From: Candidatus Micrarchaeota archaeon
GTDB lineage: Archaea; Micrarchaeota; Micrarchaeia; Anstonellales; Bilamarchaeaceae
Length of the DNA stretch: 64,000 bases
Direction: 5' to 3'
Assembly: GCA_014727925.1 (NCBI GenBank)
Contig: WJMN01000047.1
Coordinates: 41,833 to 105,832, forward strand
Positions 56,779 through 64,000 of the stretch are shown here, piece by piece; position 1 is the stretch's first letter; each line of letters starts with the position of its first letter. The position numbers and the translations under genes are program-made. Below the pieces are notes generated by a model that searched no databases, had not been told where the DNA came from, and worked only from the letters and a program-made list of their open reading frames with translations.

Positions 56779-57213
56779 TTAGGCAATCATTTTTCCCAGA
56801 AGCGCAGAAATCCATCTCTCAAAAAACAGCTCTTTCTTTTTTTCCAGTGTCCTGGCTTTCTTGAGGTCAATCCACCTGAAGCCAGAGAATTTTTCCGCGG
56901 GCCGGCATTTCATTTTTTTTGCAGTTACCTTGAAAACAAGCAGGGGGACCCATTTTTTGTATTTCCTGCTTCCTGCATTATACTTCCCCTCAAAAATTGC
57001 CTCGTGTATCTCTCCGTCTATTCCAGTCTGCTCCTCAAATTCCCTGTTTATTTCAGATACCGGGTCATCTCCCCCTTGTATTTTTACAAACGGCAGGGCC
57101 AGCCTCTTTTTTCCGCCCCTCTCATGCTCAAGGAACAGCACCCTGCCCCTGTCTTCCAGCATTCCGCAGGCAACTGCCTTTGGATAAGTTACCGGCTTTT
57201 TCCTCCTCCCCAT
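56779..57213 (-). CDS. NUDIX-fold protein with a degenerate Nudix box
   Basis: GRVLFL, LP..., REFEEQTGI, FRWI. Confidence 0.75.
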   Translation of the reverse strand: MGRRKKPVTYPKAVACGMLEDRGRVLFLEHERGGKKRLALPFVKIQGGDDPVSEINREFEEQTGIDGEIHEAIFEGKYNAGSRKYKKWVPLLVFKVTAKKMKCRPAEKFSGFRWIDLKKARTLEKKKELFFERWISALLGKMIA

Positions 57214-57243
57214 AAATAAGCATATCCATGACAAGCGCTATGC

Positions 57244-57663
57244 TCAGAATAGCCCCTTTCCCCGTTTTCCGCGGGGTCTTCCCATTCCCCTGCCTTCTAT
57301 GGGCCGGCAGCCTCCTCTCCCCTTGTTTGCCTTCACTCCTCTACCCGAGCCGTCTCTTTTTGGAACTCCTTTTTCTAAAACCACATAATCTCCTCCCTCT
57401 ATGTTTATCTTCTTCCCGTTTACGATTGCATCCGCAACTTTTTTTCTTGCAGCCTCGAGGATTCTGCAGAAAGTTGGCTGGGAAACGTCCATCTCTTCTG
57501 CTGCTTTTTTCTGCTCATGGTCCTCTAAGTCCTTGAGCCTAAGGGCTTCAAACTCGTCCACGCTCAGGCAGACCGCTGCACCTTCCGGCAGAAAGCCGCA
57601 AGGGCCGAATTTTGAGTAGTGGGGCTCTTTCCAGACTCTGCGGAACCTTCTTCCTCTTGGCAT
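57244..57663 (-). CDS. DUF134 (UPF0251) HTH protein with Gly/Arg-rich tail
   Basis: MPRGRRFRRV, DEFEALRLKD, AAEEMDVSQPTF, ARKKVADAIVNGK..IEGG. Confidence 0.9.
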   Translation of the reverse strand: MPRGRRFRRVWKEPHYSKFGPCGFLPEGAAVCLSVDEFEALRLKDLEDHEQKKAAEEMDVSQPTFCRILEAARKKVADAIVNGKKINIEGGDYVVLEKGVPKRDGSGRGVKANKGRGGCRPIEGRGMGRPRGKRGKGLF

Positions 57664-57694
57664 AGAGTAATAGGCGTTAAACTCTTTTTAAATT

Positions 57695-58831
57695 CTATTC
57701 TATTTCGCCCATTTCTCCGATGCTCTCTAGAACCAGCTTTTCCCCCTCCATTTCCCCATAATACTTTTCTACAATTTCTTTTTTTGCCTTTGTAACCGGA
57801 TTATTTACTGCCACGAGTGAGCAGCAGTCCTGGTAATCCTTTATGCTTTCCACATACGTTCCCATTTTCTCCGCCCAATCTACAATCTCCATCTTGTCCA
57901 TTGAAACCAGGGGCCTAAATACCGGAATCTCCAGCCCGTGCTGCGCTGCTCCGATGTTCTCCAGCGTCTGGCTTGCAACCTGCCCAAGCGAATCCCCGCT
58001 CACAATCCCCCCATATCCGTTTTCCAGCGCCACCTTTTCCGCAAGTTTGTAGAGGTATCTCCTGAATACCACCAGCTCATACTTCCTTTCCACTTCCCCT
58101 GTCCTCGCATAAAACCTATTGTAAGGGACAACGAGCAATTTGCCTTTTCTATGCTGCCAGGAGTCCAGCTCCCTCACCAGCTTCTCAATCTTGCTTCCTC
58201 CCACTTCTGCATTCTTTTCAAAGGGGTGCACGTGCAGAAAATCCACTTCGCACCCCCTCTTCATCATCATCCCCGCAGCAACAGGCGAGTCTATCCCCCC
58301 GCTCATAAGGCACAGCACTTTCCCCCCAACTCCAACTGGAAGTCCCCCCCGCCCCTTCAGCTTTTCAAAATACACAAATGCCTTTTTCTGCAGCACCAGT
58401 ATCCAGACCGTTGCCTCCGGATTGTCCAGGTCTACTCCTGCCCCTGTTTCTTCCTGTATTCTTCCCCCTATTTCCCCGCTCAGTTCCATGGATTTCATCG
58501 GGAAATTCTTATCACTCCTTCTTGTTTTTACTGCAAATGTTTTGCCCTCCACCCGCTTTAGGTTCTTTTTCACGCACTTCCAGATGGATTCCAGCTCCGG
58601 CCTGCACTCTTCTGCAATTGCAAACCACTCAATGCCGAACACTTTGCCCAGCTTTTCACATACATTACTTTCTGCAAACTTTCCTTCCGCAATAACCCTC
58701 TTCTGCTCGATTTTTACTTCCGGCTTTGCAGGAAGCAGTGCTTTCCGCACATTTGCAGCAAGCTTCTCCTCAAAGCTCCTCCTGTTCTTTCCCTTCAGCC
58801 CTATCTCCCCATAATGGATAATTGCAATCAT
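57695..58831 (-). CDS. thiI: tRNA 4-thiouridine synthase (THUMP + PP-loop, no rhodanese domain)
   Basis: YGEIGLKGKNR, GGLPVG, SGGIDSPVA, GQVASQTL, RPL..DK, DCC. Confidence 0.95.
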   Translation of the reverse strand: MIAIIHYGEIGLKGKNRRSFEEKLAANVRKALLPAKPEVKIEQKRVIAEGKFAESNVCEKLGKVFGIEWFAIAEECRPELESIWKCVKKNLKRVEGKTFAVKTRRSDKNFPMKSMELSGEIGGRIQEETGAGVDLDNPEATVWILVLQKKAFVYFEKLKGRGGLPVGVGGKVLCLMSGGIDSPVAAGMMMKRGCEVDFLHVHPFEKNAEVGGSKIEKLVRELDSWQHRKGKLLVVPYNRFYARTGEVERKYELVVFRRYLYKLAEKVALENGYGGIVSGDSLGQVASQTLENIGAAQHGLEIPVFRPLVSMDKMEIVDWAEKMGTYVESIKDYQDCCSLVAVNNPVTKAKKEIVEKYYGEMEGEKLVLESIGEMGEIE

Positions 58832-58867
58832 GCAATAAGATTAAATCAAAACCTAAAAAAAGCGACT

Positions 58868-59812
58868 CTACATCCTGCCCCGCAAAGGCCGCGGCTGATA
58901 AACCCCCCTCCTGCTCTTAACTCTTATATGCGGAGGCCTGAAGGCTCTTTTTCCATCAAAGTATCTTGCTTCTATGGTGTCCCGCACATCCAGCACAGTT
59001 ATGCCTGCAACGCGTGGCGGCCTGAAATCTGTCCTCAGATATGGAAGAGCATAAGTAACCGAAGGGGTGCCCACCACTACCAGTTTTTGTTTCAGCCCAC
59101 ACCCCGAATATGTCCCTGCAAATGGGGAGTGCGCATGCGAGCACAATATGTCTGCCCGGGCCTTCACAATCTTTTCAAGCAGTTCTTTTTTTGCCCAGAG
59201 ATTGTACCCTACTTTCCTGCCCCACCTGTCCGTTACCCATGTTAATTTGTCCGGGGGAAAGTGGGTTGCGACGACCCTCCTTCTGCTTCCACCTGCCCAT
59301 AATTCAGAATCCAGGAAATCAACATCCAGTTTTTCTGGGTGGATGCCCGATAGTAAAATAAATCTTGTTTCGCCGACCATAAAAGATGAGTTGCCGATAT
59401 GCTCTTCCCGGACAGTTCCGCGCAAAACCCCACGGGCAAGCTCTTCGCTCCCATCATGGTTCCCAAAATTCAGGTGGGGAATAAACCCCCTTTCTTTAAG
59501 CGAAATGTATAGCCGCGCAAACTGTTCCCATTGCCACTCCCCATTTATGCATGTTTCTGCAAGGTTCGGAAACTCCAGCATATCTCCGTTGAAGATTAAA
59601 TGGAAACCCCTTTTACCTCCTGAAAGTGAAGCAAGGGACTCAACTAGCGCAGATGCTTTCTCTGAAGGATTGTCCCGTGTAAGGTGCAGGTCCCCCACTA
59701 CAAATATACTGTTTCCGGGCTCAGGCTCTGTTTCATATGAAATCGAAGGGATAAGCTTTACTGCCCCAAATGCAGCTGCGCCCGCAAGAAGTTGCCTCCG
59801 GCTTAGTGCCAT
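58868..59812 (-). CDS. Calcineurin-like metallophosphoesterase with twin-arginine signal
   Basis: SRRQLLAGAAAFGA; GDLH, NGD, GNHD, TH, HAH. Confidence 0.85.
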   Translation of the reverse strand: MALSRRQLLAGAAAFGAVKLIPSISYETEPEPGNSIFVVGDLHLTRDNPSEKASALVESLASLSGGKRGFHLIFNGDMLEFPNLAETCINGEWQWEQFARLYISLKERGFIPHLNFGNHDGSEELARGVLRGTVREEHIGNSSFMVGETRFILLSGIHPEKLDVDFLDSELWAGGSRRRVVATHFPPDKLTWVTDRWGRKVGYNLWAKKELLEKIVKARADILCSHAHSPFAGTYSGCGLKQKLVVVGTPSVTYALPYLRTDFRPPRVAGITVLDVRDTIEARYFDGKRAFRPPHIRVKSRRGVYQPRPLRGRM

Positions 59813-59839
59813 AGAATTAATTTGTGGTTAGAAATGTAT

Positions 59840-60733
59840 TTAAGGTTCAACTACTGTTCCCGCCTTCCCTTCAATCGCTTTTTCAATTTCCACAAGCGCG
59901 CAGATTACAGCCTTTCCCCCGGTGCTATTTACAAATTCTACGCATGCCTCTATTTTTGGCTTCATGCTTCCTTCTGCAAAATGCCCTTCTTCCATAAATT
60001 CCGCAGCTTCCCCGGTGCTTAGCCGGTATAGCCCGCGCTGCCCCTCTTCTCCGAAATCTAAATACACCTTGTCTATAGAAGTTGCAATAACCATCATGTT
60101 CGCGCCTATTTCCTTTCCAATCAGCGCACTTGCCCTGTCCTTGTCTATTACTGCATCCAGCCCGGAGAGCTTTTCTCCTTCTCTGGACACGGGTATTCCC
60201 CCTCCCCCTGCTGCAATTACAACAATTCCTGCATCCAGCAGGCTCTTTATCGCCTCTATTTCAACCACTTTCTTCGGAAGCGGGGAGGAAACGACTTTTC
60301 TCCAGCCTCTGCCCGCATCCATTACCATCCCATCTTCAATTTTTTCCTCATAAAAAGGCCCAACAGGCTTTGTCGGGTTCTTGAAACCTGGGTCGTCCCT
60401 GTCCACCACAATCTGTGTAATTATGGTGGCAACGGTGCGGTGGCTTACTCTTTCAAGCTCGCTTTGTATAAAATATCCAAGTTCCCCCTGGCTCATCGCC
60501 CCGCAGACATCCATGGGCATTGCCGCTACCTCCCCTTTTGCCCTCTCCTGCTGGATTAGGAGATTTCCCACCTGTGGCCCGTTTCCGTGCGTGATTACTA
60601 CCTGATTCCCCTCTTCAATGATTTTTGTTACTGCTTTGCAGGTTTTTGCAATGTTTTCCCTCTGCTCCTCTGCCGTCCCTTTCTGCCCCTTTGCAAGCAG
60701 CGAGTTGCCCCCGAGCGCAAGTACAATCTTCAT
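59840..60733 (-). CDS. arcC: Carbamate kinase
   Basis: ALGGNSLL, THGNGPQVG, NPTKPVGPFY, GGGGIPV, AVIDKD, GSMKPK. Confidence 0.95.
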   Translation of the reverse strand: MKIVLALGGNSLLAKGQKGTAEEQRENIAKTCKAVTKIIEEGNQVVITHGNGPQVGNLLIQQERAKGEVAAMPMDVCGAMSQGELGYFIQSELERVSHRTVATIITQIVVDRDDPGFKNPTKPVGPFYEEKIEDGMVMDAGRGWRKVVSSPLPKKVVEIEAIKSLLDAGIVVIAAGGGGIPVSREGEKLSGLDAVIDKDRASALIGKEIGANMMVIATSIDKVYLDFGEEGQRGLYRLSTGEAAEFMEEGHFAEGSMKPKIEACVEFVNSTGGKAVICALVEIEKAIEGKAGTVVEP

Positions 60734-60837
60734 GCCCAGAATTTGCATCTCACAATTAAAACAGTTGCTTTCTCAGGAACCTGTTTTTTATTGCCTTCGA
60801 TTCATAATTATAGCCATATATCCCAAAAAGTGATAAC

Positions 60838-61707
60838 ATGGAAGAGCTCACAAAACCTCTGCTGAATTTTCTTGATGGAACCCCGGATAAGAGAAAAAAA
60901 TGGATAAAGAAAGTCCTTTCCCACCCTGAGCCCGAGCTCATGATGGGAGCTGCCGGCATGATTTACCCACTTGCAACTCCACGGGAAAAAGAGTTCATAC
61001 GGGATAAGATGGGACATGACCAGGCAGAGAGCATAGTAGAATTCTCCGCTACATTCTACAGGTTTTTCTTCAGGGAGGTGCTTGCAGAGTTTGTCCCAGG
61101 GGAAACAGACAGGATACTCCTTGAAGCACTCAGGTCTCCTGACCCCCATGCCAGGGGGGAAGCGGCAAAGGCCTTTGCAGAAAACAAGGCATACCCCAAT
61201 CTCAAGATTCTCCATGCGCTGACCTTACTTTTGGGGGAAGGTGAAAAGGAGGTAAGAGATTCTGCTGCAGCAGCGCTGAAAAATGCCCACGAGGAGGGGT
61301 TTTCCCTATTCTTGTCTGCATTCCATTCAGGCGAAACCCGCGCAGCCCGCTCAATTGCATTGGGAGTATCCAAGGAGAACTCAGCCTCCCTGCTCATGTA
61401 CCTATGCATGTGCTCTGAACACTTTGGCATACATCCTAGGGAATTGCCCCGCGCGGTGCTTTTGGAGCTTTCTGATTCCTCAAAAATTAATGGGTGGGAC
61501 TTCACAGAGGCGGCCCGGCCCGCTCTCCAGCTTTTCCGCAGCCGCGGAAAAAGCTCTTCATGGTTTGCCAATGGACTTTCCAGGAAAGAGGCATTCTCCC
61601 GCATAAAAAAGATGTTCGGAGATTCAGTAGCTAAGAAGCAAATCCCAAGTAAGAGGATACCTAATTCAATTGCTCCGCCCCCAAGAAAAAACCGCGCACG
61701 CTACTAG
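60838..61707 (+). CDS. Hypothetical HEAT-repeat protein with Arg/Pro-rich C-terminal tail
   Basis: LLEALRSPDPHARGEAAKAF and LLGEGEKEVRDSAAAAL; tail PSKRIPNSIAPPPRKNRARY. Confidence 0.7.
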   Translation: MEELTKPLLNFLDGTPDKRKKWIKKVLSHPEPELMMGAAGMIYPLATPREKEFIRDKMGHDQAESIVEFSATFYRFFFREVLAEFVPGETDRILLEALRSPDPHARGEAAKAFAENKAYPNLKILHALTLLLGEGEKEVRDSAAAALKNAHEEGFSLFLSAFHSGETRAARSIALGVSKENSASLLMYLCMCSEHFGIHPRELPRAVLLELSDSSKINGWDFTEAARPALQLFRSRGKSSSWFANGLSRKEAFSRIKKMFGDSVAKKQIPSKRIPNSIAPPPRKNRARY

Positions 61708-62465
61708 TGTTTCTCAGGGTTCCAGGGAAGAATGGGCACAACTGACAAATCGCCAACAGGGTATATTCTCTCTCCCCTCTCATTCTCAAGGATTCCGCCG
61801 CAGTCTCCTATTCTTTTTACAACTTCCTCCCGCATCCCGGAAAATGCCCCTGCCATCTTTCCCCAGGAACCTCCCCCTGCTATTCCAACATAATCAATAT
61901 CCGAATCCGTAAGGTGGCCTATTCCTACCCTGAGCAGCCCTGTTATTGCAGGGCACATCGGGTCCAGCACTATTGCCCATCCATTATAGTTTTTGAGCCT
62001 CGCTTCAGCCATTGGATATATCCTGCACACCGAAGGCTGGGAACCATACATCCTGCACCTGAAGGGGGCACCCTCTTCCCTGTTCATGGTTTTCTGGAGG
62101 ATTTCCTGGGGTATTGATGCTTCTCCTTCTCCAGCCTCAAGAAAACCGCACCGACTTTCCCCCTTCCCCGGAAAGACCAGAAAAACTCTCTCCTGTTTCC
62201 TCCCCGTAGGTATGACCTTGAATTTTTTGTCTTCTCTTTTTACCCCCTTCATTATTGTTTCATAATGCGGCTCCTTTGCGCTGAAGCTGAAACCTGCGCT
62301 GCAGCATTTTGCGCAGAGCCTGCAGCTGTAGGATGAGAGCACTGCGGCAGCCAGGCCTTGGTTCTCCATTTCCAAAGGCAGCCCCCGTATTATTGCCTTT
62401 CCCCTTATCTTTTCAATCCTGGTTTTGGAATATTCCTTTCGGATCTGCCTTAGGGCGTTCCGCAT
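61704..62465 (-). CDS. YkgJ-family cysteine-cluster (Zn/Fe-S) protein
   Basis: CRLCAKCC ... CGFL ... CRMYGSQPSVCRIYP ... CP. Confidence 0.8.
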   Translation of the reverse strand: MRNALRQIRKEYSKTRIEKIRGKAIIRGLPLEMENQGLAAAVLSSYSCRLCAKCCSAGFSFSAKEPHYETIMKGVKREDKKFKVIPTGRKQERVFLVFPGKGESRCGFLEAGEGEASIPQEILQKTMNREEGAPFRCRMYGSQPSVCRIYPMAEARLKNYNGWAIVLDPMCPAITGLLRVGIGHLTDSDIDYVGIAGGGSWGKMAGAFSGMREEVVKRIGDCGGILENERGERIYPVGDLSVVPILPWNPEKH

Positions 62466-62577
62466 ATGTTTTTAGGGGATGTAAAAGTATATAAAAGTTA
62501 TCTTTTGAGTTTTTTTGTGTGTTGAATTTGTTTGTTTTTTAACTGTTTCCCACCTAATCCTCTACAGGGAGATTCCA

Positions 62578-62739
62578 ATGGCACAGAAAGTTCGAGAAAA
62601 ACCAACGATGGTCCCCACAAGAGTGGAGCAGGAGCACATAGTGCCCAAGAGAGTGAGGAACACCCAGAACAATTTCTTTGTGCAGCGCAGGGAGCGCCCC
62701 CGCAATAGGGGTAGGACAAATGGCATCAGGATTTCCTGA
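62578..62739 (+). CDS. Small basic hypothetical protein (53 aa)
   Basis: AGGGAG before ATG; MAQKVREKP...RRERPRNRGRTNGIRIS; sits in an otherwise empty gap. Confidence 0.4.
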   Translation: MAQKVREKPTMVPTRVEQEHIVPKRVRNTQNNFFVQRRERPRNRGRTNGIRIS

Positions 62740-62796
62740 AGCATGCGCCCTTGTTTTTATTGGTTTTGCCCCCATATAATATGAGGTGTATATCCT

Positions 62797-63819
62797 ATGC
62801 CATATGAATCAAGGGAAACTTCTTTTGAGAAAGGAACTGTTGCCGACCGGCTCGTAAGGCTGGCAGGGGTTGAGCCCCACCTGAAGGTTCTCAGCAATCT
62901 TGAAAACAAGGAGAGCAGGAGCAACTCAGAGGAAATCCTGCGCATGGACCTTTATATGTATGTTCTCAATGAGCTGGATTCTGCAAAGGAAAGCTTTTCA
63001 GGCCCGGAAAAGGAGGACGCTGCCAGGTATGTTGGAAGGCTTAAGGGCGAGTACAGCATAAACACTGAGGATATCCATGAGGTAGGGGGAGAGGGAAATG
63101 CCCTTTCCCAGCAGGACATGGAAAAGGAACTGCTTAATTATTATATTTCAGAGTATCTCCTTGGGATGCGCACACCCGGTGAACAGGGGAACAGGCTCCG
63201 CAAGTATGCAACGAATGAACTGCAGTCTTATCTTAAATCTTCGGGAGCCGGCAGCCTTGTTGAGCTTGGGAAGAAGAGCGGGATTGTTGGCAAGGGCCTG
63301 GATGTGCTGGCATATTGTGACCCCACAGGGCAGGAGTTTGGCAAGCCCACCAGCCCGCCCCCCGAAGAAGAGATAGCAGAAGGCGAAATAATGGACTTTA
63401 CCCAGGATCCTCCACAGGAGATTGCAACAATGGATTTTACAAAAGAGAGGGAAAAAACGCTTGCAATTCCTATAAAGCGTGGAGCTACAGAGGATGACCT
63501 ATCCTCTATAATAGATGCTTACCTTGACGAGAGAAGGGGGGAGCTTTCACTAGATGAGTTCAGAGAAATCAAGGAGAGCGTAGCCAACCTCAAGGAAGCA
63601 TTCAGGAAATATTCCGAATTTCAGAGTGAAGTTGGCGACAGCCCTACCCAGGATCAGCTTGAAGAGCTGGACAATCGGATGGAGAAGATTGAAGAGGCAA
63701 AGAAGGAACTCATTAAGCACATGGACAAAGTTGGCGAAGAAAAAGTCCTTCCCCTGGTAACTTCCCTAAGCGAAAAGTACCGGAAGCAGCGCAAGGAGCT
63801 CGAATCAAAAATGGCATAG
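62797..63819 (+). CDS. Hypothetical acidic helical/coiled-coil protein
   Basis: 340 aa, GAGGTG RBS, Glu/Lys-rich C-terminal coiled coil. Confidence 0.75.
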   Translation: MPYESRETSFEKGTVADRLVRLAGVEPHLKVLSNLENKESRSNSEEILRMDLYMYVLNELDSAKESFSGPEKEDAARYVGRLKGEYSINTEDIHEVGGEGNALSQQDMEKELLNYYISEYLLGMRTPGEQGNRLRKYATNELQSYLKSSGAGSLVELGKKSGIVGKGLDVLAYCDPTGQEFGKPTSPPPEEEIAEGEIMDFTQDPPQEIATMDFTKEREKTLAIPIKRGATEDDLSSIIDAYLDERRGELSLDEFREIKESVANLKEAFRKYSEFQSEVGDSPTQDQLEELDNRMEKIEEAKKELIKHMDKVGEEKVLPLVTSLSEKYRKQRKELESKMA

Positions 63820-63832
63820 AAGGTTTTGATTT

Positions 63833-64000
63833 ATGGATTCTGAAGAGAAGTGGATTAATATAGGAATAGCTGTTTCAGTTTCCCCCGAGAAAAGGGAGGG
63901 GATGGAGAAGCTGCTCAAGCTTTATGCTGATGAGCTTGGCTGGGAAGTTTCCTCCAGGGAAGTTCCCTCTGAAAAAGAGAAGAAGGCGGAGGTATTGATT
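63833..64000 (+). CDS. Hypothetical protein, truncated by the window end
   Basis: ATG at 63833, open to the end (MDSEEKWINIGIAVSV...). Confidence 0.55.
   Translation, partial: MDSEEKWINIGIAVSVSPEKREGMEKLLKLYADELGWEVSSREVPSEKEKKAEVLI

Noticed and set aside
57938-59831. Several 140-250 aa plus-strand ORFs
   Set aside because: Shadows of thiI and the phosphoesterase, with no recognisable motifs.

Overview
Gene-dense archaeal chromosomal segment. Markers are archaeal LeuRS, eL15, Dph2, Cdc6/Orc1, archaeal DnaG, CarS and an A-type ATP synthase operon, with GGTGA-type Shine-Dalgarno sites. Gene content and orphan style suggest a DPANN archaeon, most plausibly Micrarchaeota; this is inference, not tested. 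No rRNA, tRNA, transposase, integrase or true CRISPR array was found. The main hunt result is an operon of six tightly packed paralogous polytopic membrane proteins (2849-9526). They share a pilin-like N-terminal hairpin, a PxGxxLRxFPxTRxxG...P core that resembles (from memory) CedA/VirB6-type DNA-transfer channel subunits, and a conserved C-terminal tail; no partner ATPase is in the window. Other candidate host-contact parts are an sppA + Cys-rich + five class III signal peptide (pilin-like) cluster, a 1406-aa glycoprotein with a CC..C..CWYYW anchor motif, and scattered orphans (HEAT-like, SNAP-like, gluzincin) with strongly basic terminal tails that could be export substrates. Also notable: protein-only RNase P (HARP) next to a Pab1020-type RNA ligase while a short Rpp30 is kept, an 86-bp tandem duplication of the dph2 promoter/start, a probable eL15 leader RNA, a possible structured intergenic element, and a GGPP synthase paired with a lycopene-elongase-like prenyltransferase. 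All family calls come from motif recognition by eye; no searches were run.
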